Origin: an uncultured Spirochaetaceae bacterium
GTDB lineage: Bacteria; Spirochaetota; Spirochaetia; DTKZ01
NCBI GenBank assembly: GCA_964397655.1
Contig: CAYNKA010000002.1
Coordinates: 93,721-157,720 of the forward strand
Length of the DNA stretch: 64,000 nucleotides
Reading direction: 5' to 3'
In this document: positions 31,710 through 41,806 of the stretch, piece after piece
Numbering within the stretch: the first letter of the stretch is position 1
Layout: each line of letters starts with the position of its first letter
The notes under the pieces: generated by a model
Databases searched by the model: none
What the model saw: only the letters and a program-made list of their open reading frames with translations
What the model was told of the DNA's origin: nothing
Made by a program: the position numbers and the translations under genes

Positions 31710-32918
31710 ATGCCGGGCCCAGTACATGTCCCAATCACTGCGTTTTTTCCCATGCCGAGTACAACTGCGGATGCGATAAAAAAGATTTCCAAAGGCAACT
31801 TCGGACTCATATTCAACAAGTACGTACCTATCGTAATTAACGGAGATTTAAAAAAGCGATGGAAGACCTGCGATGGAACCGGTAACACAGCAGAAGCTGT
31901 GACGTATTATGCCCGTCAAGCGAACGAAACATACGGCAATAATGATATTCTGAAAGAGAGCATCCTGAAAAAACATCTCGCGCAAAAACAATACTGCGAT
32001 TTCATGAAAAACAAGGGCTATGACTCTGTGGTCTTCCATGCAAAACTCATCTCCCGCTTCATCACGGGAATAGGTCAGTCTCATCCCAATGAGATCGGGA
32101 TGTGCTTCGACCATACTCTCGGCATCCCCTACATACCGGCCTCGAGCCTCAAGGGTGCAGTCAGATTCTCCAATGCTGTTCGCCTTGCCGGTTTGAAGGA
32201 ATTCTCCGGTAAGGACTCCTTCAATGACGAGGACGATAGCCTAACACTCTCCATGTTCGGTGGTATCGCCGCTAAGGGTGAGGTCGTCTTCCTGGATGCC
32301 TACCCCATTAAAGCGCCTAAAATGATCACTGAAATAATCAATCCACACTATGGGAATTATTTCGATCCAAACGATAAAACTGACTATCCTGACGATCATC
32401 ACAATCCGGTCCCCGTCAAATTTCTGGCTGTGGAAAGTGGAACAGAATTCTGCTTCCGCTGCGTATTCGAGAAAAATGAAGAAATCCGGAAAAGAGCGGA
32501 ACAGGTTTTTCTCGACGCATTCGGGAATGGTTTGGGAGCAAAGACATCGATAGGTTTTGGACGATTCGACGGCAAACAAGGCGAGTCGGAGATGATTGAA
32601 AAAGAATCGAATCACCTCGAAGAAGAAAAACTGAAAAAACAAAAACATGAGGAAGAAAGGAAAGAGAAGCTGCGCTTTGAATCGCTGTCGCCGGATGAGA
32701 AGAGAATCGAAGAAATAAAGAAATTGATTAAAGACCGCAGCATGATCGGAGATTTCGTCAAGAAAACCCTTGAAGGACAGTTTTCGAAAGAAGTATTCAT
32801 CAGGCTCAAAGAAAAGCTCGATGAGCTGGGCGAGTTGAAGCCGGAACCGGGAAAGAGTTTTCAAAAGATGAAAGAACGTCAAGAGAAAATCCAAGCCCGC
32901 ATCGAAGGAGGCTCCTGA
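31710..32918 (+). CDS. cmr6: Type III-B Cmr6 (RAMP) with an ~116-aa Lys/Glu-rich C-terminal extension
   Basis: RAMP motif GIPYIPASSLKGAVRF and G-rich loop GAKTSIGFGRF. The ATG at 31710 has a GGAGGA ribosome-binding site 8 nt upstream; the alternative start at 31683 overlaps cmr5. Confidence 0.8.
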   Translation: MPGPVHVPITAFFPMPSTTADAIKKISKGNFGLIFNKYVPIVINGDLKKRWKTCDGTGNTAEAVTYYARQANETYGNNDILKESILKKHLAQKQYCDFMKNKGYDSVVFHAKLISRFITGIGQSHPNEIGMCFDHTLGIPYIPASSLKGAVRFSNAVRLAGLKEFSGKDSFNDEDDSLTLSMFGGIAAKGEVVFLDAYPIKAPKMITEIINPHYGNYFDPNDKTDYPDDHHNPVPVKFLAVESGTEFCFRCVFEKNEEIRKRAEQVFLDAFGNGLGAKTSIGFGRFDGKQGESEMIEKESNHLEEEKLKKQKHEEERKEKLRFESLSPDEKRIEEIKKLIKDRSMIGDFVKKTLEGQFSKEVFIRLKEKLDELGELKPEPGKSFQKMKERQEKIQARIEGGS

Positions 32919-32923
32919 TCCCT

Positions 32924-33334
32924 ATGCCAGCCCTTTTCGTTCTTCTCAATCACGATCTCACCGAAATGCAGCTGGAAGAAGCGAAGAGCAGCTTTAAAAT
33001 CGAGACAATCCGCCGTCTCCCCCCGCTCCTTCATGAGATCTGGTCCCGAATCCCGGTAAACGGAGAACTCGATACCTCAATGCTCGAGCGCTTCACCGAA
33101 TGGATCGACGAAGACGCCGAGGTTGGAGATTACGTCCTTATTCAAGGCGAATTCGGTGCGACTTTTTACCTCGTAGACTACTGTTTCGCGACGGGATTCA
33201 TACCGATATACGCAGCTTCGCCACGAGACAGCATGGAAAGCAGGAACGGCGACGGTACGGTTGAACGTAAACTAATTTTTTCTCATGTGAACTTTCGGCG
33301 TTACCGGAAGTACGAAAAAACTGTATTATCATAG
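32924..33334 (+). CDS. Uncharacterized small protein embedded in the cmr operon (candidate type III accessory)
   Basis: ORF of 136 aa starting 5 nt after the cmr6 stop. It shares the island's low GC and has no motif I can name. Confidence 0.5.
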   Translation: MPALFVLLNHDLTEMQLEEAKSSFKIETIRRLPPLLHEIWSRIPVNGELDTSMLERFTEWIDEDAEVGDYVLIQGEFGATFYLVDYCFATGFIPIYAASPRDSMESRNGDGTVERKLIFSHVNFRRYRKYEKTVLS

Positions 33335-33349
33335 ATAAAAAGGAAATTT

Positions 33350-33586
33350 ATGATAGCGCCAAGCCTGATCATGCAAGTCCCTTCATTCTCGACGACTGAA
33401 GAAAAAGTACGCATTCTCGTCGAGCTCAGGGAGGTTATGGGTAGGTTCATCAGCTTTTCCACGGGAGCGGAATCGCTGAACCTGAACAGGGAATCTTTTC
33501 TAGAACCCCTTTCCTTCATGAAGATTCACTACTCGTATTTAGATGAGACCGATATCCTCATGGAAAAAACATTGGTGACCTCATGA
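33350..33586 (+). CDS. UPF0175-family antitoxin-like protein
   Basis: Length 78 aa. Its pattern (EEKVRILVELREVMGRFISFSTGAESLNLNRESFLEPL ... YLDETDI) resembles COG2886/UPF0175 antitoxins that pair with DUF3368 PIN toxins. Confidence 0.45.
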   Translation: MIAPSLIMQVPSFSTTEEKVRILVELREVMGRFISFSTGAESLNLNRESFLEPLSFMKIHYSYLDETDILMEKTLVTS

Positions 33587-33726
33587 AGGCGGTTTTCAAC
33601 ACATCTCCCCTTGTTTTTCTCTACCGCCTTGGCTTCCTGGGGAAGGCCCTGGATGAATTCCATAAAAATCTCTTGGCGATAAACTTCCGAGTGAGAAAAG
33701 ATATATTCGACGAGATCATGAAATAA
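33583..33726 (+). pseudogene. Truncated PIN-domain (DUF3368/COG2405-like) toxin remnant
   Basis: A 47-aa ORF (MKAVFNTSPLVFLYRLGFLGKALDEF ...) that matches only the N-terminal ~45 residues of ~150-aa PIN proteins. It overlaps the upstream antitoxin stop as ATGA. Confidence 0.35.
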
Positions 33727-33748
33727 AAGCGCAGGGCAGGAGGACTCG

Positions 33749-35065
33749 ATGGCAAAAGTTTTTTTAAGTTTCTTGGGTTTAGGGACGAAGGAACCGGGAA
33801 CGGAAAAATATATTTATACACCGGCAGCCTATTCTTTAGGTAGTGTGCAATCGAGAACATCCCCATTCGTTCAAGCCGCGGAACTTGAACTTCTGAAACC
33901 GGTAGTTTTCGACAAAGTCATTATCTTTACGACACAAATAGCTGCCGATACTCATTTTACTGCGCTAAAAACAGAAATACAGAAAGTGGGATACCAAGAG
34001 CCTGCCATCATCATTCTTTCCGAAGACATGTCCACCCAAGGGCAATGGAAGTGGTTCGAGCAAATACTTGATGTTATACAAAACGACGATGAAATTACCG
34101 TCGACTTGACGCACGGATACCGGTCCATTCCCATCATCTTTTCAACAGCCATCAATTTTCTCCAAAGAGCAAAACGAATAAGGTTGTCGCATGTTTTCTA
34201 TGGAGCGTTCGAGCAAAACCGATCAAGTGTTCCCATCGTGGATATGAAAGATTTCTACTCAATAAACATCTGGGCCGATGCAATAGAACGATTGACCGAA
34301 GATGCCGATGCGAGGAAGCTCGCGGAACTTTCCGATCGTGTACCAGAGTATCAGATTTCACAGATCAACGACAAGCATTTCATTGATGCTCTTTCGGATC
34401 TCACGAACAGAATCAGAAGCGTAGATGTAAACTATGTCAATCAAAGTGCATTAAAAGTGATCGATTTTGTAGTTCAAAAGCGTTCCTCATCCTCCCCAGT
34501 TGAAAAACTCATGCTTGATTTTGTTTTCAAACAATTCATCGAACTTGCCGGAGACGCTGCACTCACAGGCTCATACGACAAAAAATACTTCGAGATCCAA
34601 CTCAACTTAATAAGACTATTCAACGAACACAGACTTTATATGCAATCTTTCACTGCCATGAGAGAGCTCGTCGGCTCGATTGGTCTGATACAGATTCCTA
34701 AAGCCAGATTCAATAATAAAGACGGAAGACAGCTGCGTCGGAAATATGCTGAGATCTTTATCAATATGTTCCAGTGGGCGGAAGAAAAATGGTATTTTTT
34801 CGAGAAAGTACACGACAAATACAATCCCGCTGATGAGAAGCATGCCCGGGAATTAATCCCATATTATGAAAAAATGAAGGAATTGGGTATCGAGCAACAA
34901 CTTCGGGGATTCGTTTCCAATTTAACGAAATACCGCAACGGCCTGGATCATGCGTGGACCCAATGGAACGGTTTCGACGTGACTATCATCGAAGAAGCGC
35001 CTAAGTTTTACAATCAACTACACTCCGTGATCGATGGGCTTCTAAAGTACGAAATTCTAAGGTAA
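33749..35065 (+). CDS. csx1: Csx1-family CARF-HEPN ancillary ribonuclease
   Basis: Length 438 aa. CARF-like N-terminus (KVFLSFLGLG ... VDLTHGYRSIP) and a C-terminal HEPN Rx4H motif (YRNGLDHAW). Confidence 0.75.
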   Translation: MAKVFLSFLGLGTKEPGTEKYIYTPAAYSLGSVQSRTSPFVQAAELELLKPVVFDKVIIFTTQIAADTHFTALKTEIQKVGYQEPAIIILSEDMSTQGQWKWFEQILDVIQNDDEITVDLTHGYRSIPIIFSTAINFLQRAKRIRLSHVFYGAFEQNRSSVPIVDMKDFYSINIWADAIERLTEDADARKLAELSDRVPEYQISQINDKHFIDALSDLTNRIRSVDVNYVNQSALKVIDFVVQKRSSSSPVEKLMLDFVFKQFIELAGDAALTGSYDKKYFEIQLNLIRLFNEHRLYMQSFTAMRELVGSIGLIQIPKARFNNKDGRQLRRKYAEIFINMFQWAEEKWYFFEKVHDKYNPADEKHARELIPYYEKMKELGIEQQLRGFVSNLTKYRNGLDHAWTQWNGFDVTIIEEAPKFYNQLHSVIDGLLKYEILR

Positions 35066-35071
35066 CTTCCG

Positions 35072-36157
35072 ATGTCCACCATCTACATAGTTTCCGACAA
35101 CGGGATACTTCAAAAAAAAGGCGAGACGCTCCAGCTCGCTCATCACGACGGGACGATCACTACAATTTTTCCGTATAAGACCGAACAACTCGTCATACTT
35201 GGAAGCGTCGAGATAACCGGAAGGGCTTTCCGCCTCCTCATGCACCATAATATCGATACGATCTTCCTCGGCACCAACGGAAAGTACAACGGAAAGCTCG
35301 CGTTTCAGGATAGCAAAAATGTCTTTCTCCGACAAAAACAGTTCAAACTCCTGGACGACACTGATTTTCGTCTTCGTTTTGCTAAGGAGACGGTAGATGG
35401 AAAACTGAAGAACCAACTCTCGTTCATGCAGCGGATCAACAGGCGAAGGGAAACGGAAAATCAGGTCCAACAGACGATCGAGAACATGAAACGCAATATC
35501 CAAAAAGCACAGGAGGCTCAGGACCTTTCTACGCTTCGAGGGTATGAAGGAATGGGGGCCCGATATTTCTTCTCAGTTTTCAGGGAAAACATAAAACAGG
35601 ACTGGGCCGTGTTCAAAGGCCGAAGCATGCACCCTCCGGAAGACAATGTTAACGCCGTTTTGAGCTTTCTCTATACTCTTCTGTTGTACTGCGTGGATGC
35701 GGCTATCGAGGAGGAAGGGTTGGACGCCTATGTCGGCTATTTTCATGAACTTGATTACGGGAAAAGAACACTCTCCTTCGATCTCGTTGAAGAATTCAGA
35801 ACTCCCCTGGCGGACACACTCTGCTACGCACTTTTCAATCTCGGTATTCTTGCGAAAGAAGATTTTCATGAGGTCGTGTTTTCGTCGGAATCAGACGACT
35901 ATCCCCTCGCCCAAGAAGAAGCCGACGACTCCACTTCGAACAATACTCTATATCAGGCGAAGAAAGGCATTCTTCTCACAAAGGAAGGACTCAGGAAGGT
36001 GATCAGCCAATTCGAGAAAAAAATCGATACGCAGATATTTTATCTGCCTCAGGCAAGACAGATGAGCTATAAAATGGTAATCCGCGAGCAGATCAAGCAT
36101 TTCCGCAGAGTCGTAAACGGCGAAGAACGCGATTATAAACCGCTGGTGATCAAGTAA
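35072..36157 (+). CDS. cas1: CRISPR-associated endonuclease Cas1
   Basis: Length 361 aa with a Cas1 N-terminal beta domain (IYIVSDNGILQKKGETLQL). Lies directly upstream of cas2. Confidence 0.9.
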   Translation: MSTIYIVSDNGILQKKGETLQLAHHDGTITTIFPYKTEQLVILGSVEITGRAFRLLMHHNIDTIFLGTNGKYNGKLAFQDSKNVFLRQKQFKLLDDTDFRLRFAKETVDGKLKNQLSFMQRINRRRETENQVQQTIENMKRNIQKAQEAQDLSTLRGYEGMGARYFFSVFRENIKQDWAVFKGRSMHPPEDNVNAVLSFLYTLLLYCVDAAIEEEGLDAYVGYFHELDYGKRTLSFDLVEEFRTPLADTLCYALFNLGILAKEDFHEVVFSSESDDYPLAQEEADDSTSNNTLYQAKKGILLTKEGLRKVISQFEKKIDTQIFYLPQARQMSYKMVIREQIKHFRRVVNGEERDYKPLVIK

Positions 36158-36159
36158 CC

Positions 36160-36435
36160 ATGCTGTATCTAGTGTGCTATGACATTGCGGATCCCAAACG
36201 CCTATGCCACGTAGCGAAGATTCTGGAAAATTTCGGATTGAGGATCCAGAAATCTTTTTTTCAATGCGATATGGAGGAAACACGAATGGAAGATATGAAG
36301 AAGAAAGTACTCCAGAAAATAAAGACGAAAAACGATTCCTTCTATATCTATCCACTCTGTGAAGACTGCAGCCAAAAGGCGATTCAGGACGGAACCGGTT
36401 CGTTGATCCGTTTGGAAAGTTTCGAAATTCTATGA
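36160..36435 (+). CDS. cas2: CRISPR-associated Cas2 (copy 1)
   Basis: Length 91 aa. N-terminal MLYLVCYDIADPKRL with the conserved Asp in YDI. Confidence 0.8.
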   Translation: MLYLVCYDIADPKRLCHVAKILENFGLRIQKSFFQCDMEETRMEDMKKKVLQKIKTKNDSFYIYPLCEDCSQKAIQDGTGSLIRLESFEIL

Positions 36436-36713
36436 AACACTGGTTGATCATCTACGATATCCGAAACCCGAAAAGACTTTCTAACATCGCTAAAATCATG
36501 GTTAACTTCGCGGTAAGGGTCCAGAAATCCGTTTTCGAAATGGAGGCAGAACGCAAGATAATCGTACTTCTTCGGAAACAGGTTCACTACATTTTGGACC
36601 CGGAGGATTATGTAGTATACTTCGAGGTGTGTGAACGCGATTGGCAGAAAAGGATGAAATACGGCCCTTCCAGGTTCAAGGAGGCCGAAGACAAGCCGTA
36701 CAGCATTCTGTGA
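36432..36713 (+). CDS. cas2: CRISPR-associated Cas2 (copy 2, divergent paralog)
   Basis: Length 93 aa. N-terminal MKHWLIIYDIRNPKRL with the YDI Asp. About one-third identical to copy 1 by eye. Shares an ATGA overlap with copy 1. Confidence 0.75.
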   Translation: MKHWLIIYDIRNPKRLSNIAKIMVNFAVRVQKSVFEMEAERKIIVLLRKQVHYILDPEDYVVYFEVCERDWQKRMKYGPSRFKEAEDKPYSIL

Positions 36714-36937
36714 GGCATGCAGGATCTTTGAAATGGCTTCCGCCAACCTCGAATTTAGTAAAAGAGCCTCGAATTCGGCATAGGTTGGCGGAAAAAATAA
36801 ATTCTTACAGGTTATTCAGATAATATTAGGTGGGAGGTGCCGATACATGAAATTTACGAGAATCATGAGGATCTTTGTAGATGTCTGCAGAAAAACCCTA
36901 TTAAAATCTTTCTCGCATTATAGTTACAGAGAGTGCT
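36714..36937 (+). promoter_or_regulatory. CRISPR leader (AT-rich)
   Basis: AT-rich tract of 224 nt lying between the cas2 stop and the first repeat. Confidence 0.6.
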
Positions 36938-39900
36938 GTTGGACTCCTTGACCTGAAGAAAGGGATTACGACAGTTATTCATTAAGAATAGAAAGGATAT
37001 ATCGATGTATTGTTGGACTCCTTGACCTGAAGAAAGGGATTACGACTTTTTTTACCCTTTCACAATAGATATTATGTCACTATCGTTGGACTCCTTGACC
37101 TGAAGAAAGGGATTACGACCCATTTGCTTCCGTCATGATTAGATCTCATGTTGGTTCTAGTTGGACTCCTTGACCTGAAGAAAGGGATTACGACTCTATT
37201 TCATTTTCCGATATGTCATTCAGAAATACTTGTTGGACTCCTTGACCTGAAGAAAGGGATTACGACCATCCTCTCGATAAGAGGTAAACTCTATCGCGTA
37301 CTTGTGTTGGACTCCTTGACCTGAAGAAAGGGATTACGACCTGAATCTATAATCTTTCCTTTATATTCAACCTTAGTGAGTAGTTGGACTCCTTGACCTG
37401 AAGAAAGGGATTACGACGATATCCAACTTTTCCCCGATGTCCTTTCCGTCCAGGTTAGTTGGACTCCTTGACCTGAAGAAAGGGATTACGACCAAGCTTT
37501 TGATTCCCGTTTTCGTCAAAAATGTCGCGTTGGACTCCTTGACCTGAAGAAAGGGATTACGACCCTTTCCCATCGCTTCCTGTTTTGTCATCTCGTCCTC
37601 CTCGTTGGACTCCTTGACCTGAAGAAAGGGATTACGACCTCTTTTGGCGTCAAAAGCTCCTGTTTTTGGGGTTTTTGCGTTGGACTCCTTGACCTGAAGA
37701 AAGGGATTACGACCTGATCGCCATGAGCCGCTTGTTAACTTCTTGCCACTTTGTTGGACTCCTTGACCTGAAGAAAGGGATTACGACTAGGCCCCCTTTA
37801 TCTGTCCGTTGCGGCTCACTCTATGTTGGACTCCTTGACCTGAAGAAAGGGATTACGACTCTCTTTTTCGGAATGAATTGCACCGCATGTATCACGAGTT
37901 GGACTCCTTGACCTGAAGAAAGGGATTACGACTCAAGGCCGATCGCGATAAATTCCGGGGCCTCGGCGTCAGTTGGACTCCTTGACCTGAAGAAAGGGAT
38001 TACGACAATCTTTGACATTCTCGGGCTTGAGGTCGTCAAGGACTTGTTGGACTCCTTGACCTGAAGAAAGGGATTACGACAATGCTCGCCTTCTTTCATA
38101 ACCTCGGCCATGAGGCTTTGTGTTGGACTCCTTGACCTGAAGAAAGGGATTACGACTTGTAATAGACCGTAAGAATTTGCGGGATTTCATCGGTAGTTGG
38201 ACTCCTTGACCTGAAGAAAGGGATTACGACTCTTAACCTCAAGCCCGGACGCGGACAAGCCTTCGGTTGGACTCCTTGACCTGAAGAAAGGGATTACGAC
38301 TTTTCCGATCGCGACAAACTCCGGGGCCTCGGCGTCAAGTTGGACTCCTTGACCTGAAGAAAGGGATTACGACTCGGACATTCTGCGACCGGGAATATGT
38401 ATGCGTTTATTCCGTTGGACTCCTTGACCTGAAGAAAGGGATTACGACCTTTAAGACGTTTTTCATAATCATCAAAAAGAACACCTGTTGGACTCCTTGA
38501 CCTGAAGAAAGGGATTACGACCTTTATTTCGTCGCTGTATATATAAGCGGTGACCAAATGTTGGACTCCTTGACCTGAAGAAAGGGATTACGACTGCGCT
38601 CAACCTCTCACTATTATAAGATCATCGGCAATGTTGGACTCCTTGACCTGAAGAAAGGGATTACGACTGATTAATGCCAATTGATAAGCTTTTTTGTCGC
38701 TTATATCGTTGGACTCCTTGACCTGAAGAAAGGGATTACGACCCTCCTCATGTGTCGATGGGCCTCCAAGTTTTATCGTTGGACTCCTTGACCTGAAGAA
38801 AGGGATTACGACTTGAGCGACGAAATCGAGAAAGAAAAAACGGCGAGCAAGGTTGGACTCCTTGACCTGAAGAAAGGGATTACGACGTTCTGCGGGGCGG
38901 CCGCCCTTCTTCCCGTTCTCGCGCACGTTGGACTCCTTGACCTGAAGAAAGGGATTACGACCACTCGGAGGACGACCCAAACATCGGATCGGCGTCGAGG
39001 TGTTGGACTCCTTGACCTGAAGAAAGGGATTACGACTGCGCTCAAGCCTTATTTGAATCATTCCGTTCATCTTGTTGGACTCCTTGACCTGAAGAAAGGG
39101 ATTACGACCAGCTTTTCAGTACGTTGATTACCGTTTGTACGCCGGATGTTGGACTCCTTGACCTGAAGAAAGGGATTACGACTGATTTTTTGTGGTTTGA
39201 TCAAAGAGGGTTTAATCATGGTTGGACTCCTTGACCTGAAGAAAGGGATTACGACTCTTAAGCAGTTCGAACTTCATCATCAATCTCCTCAATCAGTTGG
39301 ACTCCTTGACCTGAAGAAAGGGATTACGACTAACCAGAGACCATCCAATCGATCGCTGATCCGTCGCGTTGGACTCCTTGACCTGAAGAAAGGGATTACG
39401 ACACTTGCCACCAGGCTGTGCATTAAGGGCGATTGCTCGCGTTGGACTCCTTGACCTGAAGAAAGGGATTACGACCCTCGTCGGTGTAGTAGTAGGCCGT
39501 GAGGCGCCGAGCGTTGGACTCCTTGACCTGAAGAAAGGGATTACGACTCTCATTTCTTCTATTTTCTTAAGCAGTTCGGACTTGTTGGACTCCTTGACCT
39601 GAAGAAAGGGATTACGACTTTCATTGGCTGTTTTATCGGTTTTATTCATTGCTTTCTCACGTTGGACTCCTTGACCTGAAGAAAGGGATTACGACTTTGC
39701 ACCTAGGCTTATATCGATCAACGACCACTTACCGTTGGACTCCTTGACCTGAAGAAAGGGATTACGACTTGTCTTCGTAAGCCTTCGTTTTCATCTTTTT
39801 TTCTCCTTGTTGGACTCCTTGACCTGAAGAAAGGGATTACGACAGGACTCGCAATCGTTTATCGCTCTCTTGAGTTCCCAAGTTGGACTCCTTGACCTGA

Positions 39901-41748
39901 AGAAAGGGATTACGACCCGCCAGATACTCCATGACCGCTTGGTACTCGTGGGTTGGACTCCTTGACCTGAAGAAAGGGATTACGACCGCAAGAGCCACGA
40001 GTAATTCCCGAACTGATCCGCCGTTGGACTCCTTGACCTGAAGAAAGGGATTACGACCAGAGACGGAGTTTCCGTTTCTACCGCCTCGGCTGAGTAGTTG
40101 GACTCCTTGACCTGAAGAAAGGGATTACGACGGGTACTCGGCGGTATCGGTTTCCCGACCGCAACGACGAGTTGGACTCCTTGACCTGAAGAAAGGGATT
40201 ACGACGTTCCGCGAATGCGTCGAGTTCCTTGAGGCGGGTAGCGTTGGACTCCTTGACCTGAAGAAAGGGATTACGACCCTTCGCACGTCGGCGGGATCGA
40301 TAAAATCGGCATGGTGTTGGACTCCTTGACCTGAAGAAAGGGATTACGACCTCGATCCCGGCCATCTCGATAGCCTGCTCCCTAGTAAGGGTTGGACTCC
40401 TTGACCTGAAGAAAGGGATTACGACGCTTTTCCGCCCAATGCTTTCTCATTTTCCCATCGAGTTGGACTCCTTGACCTGAAGAAAGGGATTACGACTTGA
40501 ATCTTACTTATCGTGATATTGCCCTGCGCGTCCATCGTTGGACTCCTTGACCTGAAGAAAGGGATTACGACAGGGTCTTTTGAGATATTATTTATATCAT
40601 AAAGAGGATAGTTGGACTCCTTGACCTGAAGAAAGGGATTACGACTCTTTATCTTAGATGCTTTATCCGCGCGCGCAATCTCCGCGTTGGACTCCTTGAC
40701 CTGAAGAAAGGGATTACGACGATTCTTAATTTGAAAGCAACTCAATAAAGATTTTCTTGTTGGACTCCTTGACCTGAAGAAAGGGATTACGACTGTACTT
40801 GCGCATGGCTTTACCGACGATGCTCGCCTGGAAGTTGGACTCCTTGACCTGAAGAAAGGGATTACGACTCTTTATCTTAGATGCTTTATCCGCGCGCGCA
40901 ATCTCCGCGTTGGACTCCTTGACCTGAAGAAAGGGATTACGACATGCAATCGCCGTGAATGGTGATTTCGGCGACGGTTTCGGGTTGGACTCCTTGACCT
41001 GAAGAAAGGGATTACGACTGAAGAGTAATTAACTCATCGGCAACCGCTGCGTATCTGTTGGACTCCTTGACCTGAAGAAAGGGATTACGACCCCTTTCTC
41101 GTCATAGATTTCGCGCTCGGTTTTATCGTTGGACTCCTTGACCTGAAGAAAGGGATTACGACCTGATCAACCGGCCGCAAATTGCCAAAGTCATTTTCCA
41201 CGGTTGGACTCCTTGACCTGAAGAAAGGGATTACGACGCGAAGCAGTCGGCCGGGATTTCGTCGTATTTTCCAGCGTTGGACTCCTTGACCTGAAGAAAG
41301 GGATTACGACACCGTGCCGTGACCTCGAATTGCTCCTCGAAAAGCTCAGTTGGACTCCTTGACCTGAAGAAAGGGATTACGACCCGATGTATACGCGGAC
41401 GATCTTGATCGACCCGTCGTGTTGGACTCCTTGACCTGAAGAAAGGGATTACGACCTGGAATAGTTCCATTTTATACCTCCCTACGCATTTCAAGTTGGA
41501 CTCCTTGACCTGAAGAAAGGGATTACGACATACACGCGGTCGAAAAACTTCTCGTCGGCGGTCGGCGTTGGACTCCTTGACCTGAAGAAAGGGATTACGA
41601 CGCTTTGACTCTCAGATCATAACCCTGTCTACTCATGACATGTTGGACTCCTTGACCTGAAGAAAGGGATTACGACAATTTTGCTTATGTATACATCTGC
41701 TTTTTTCTTTTTTGTTGGACTCCTTGACCTGAAGAAAGGGATTACGAC
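36938..41748 (+). CRISPR. CRISPR array: 66 identical 35-bp repeats (GTTGGACTCCTTGACCTGAAGAAAGGGATTACGAC) and 65 spacers of 33-42 bp
   Basis: Repeats counted directly in the sequence. The leader lies on the cas2 side. Confidence 0.95.
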
Positions 41749-41806
41749 AAGCGCGTTGTGTGTCTCTATTGTGTCAATTCGAGCCTTGTTGCGCCCCCTT
41801 CCCCAC

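Noticed and set aside
32241-32894. 217-aa minus-strand ORF inside the cmr6 3' region
   Set aside because: It is the antisense of the Lys/Glu-rich cmr6 tail, giving a Phe/Leu-rich translation. It is an artefact of the low-complexity coding sequence.
37373-41494. Multiple 60-160 aa ORFs inside the CRISPR array on both strands
   Set aside because: Their translations contain the recurring peptides VVIPFFRSRSPT and VGLLDLKKGITT, which are simply the repeat read in frame. They are not genes.
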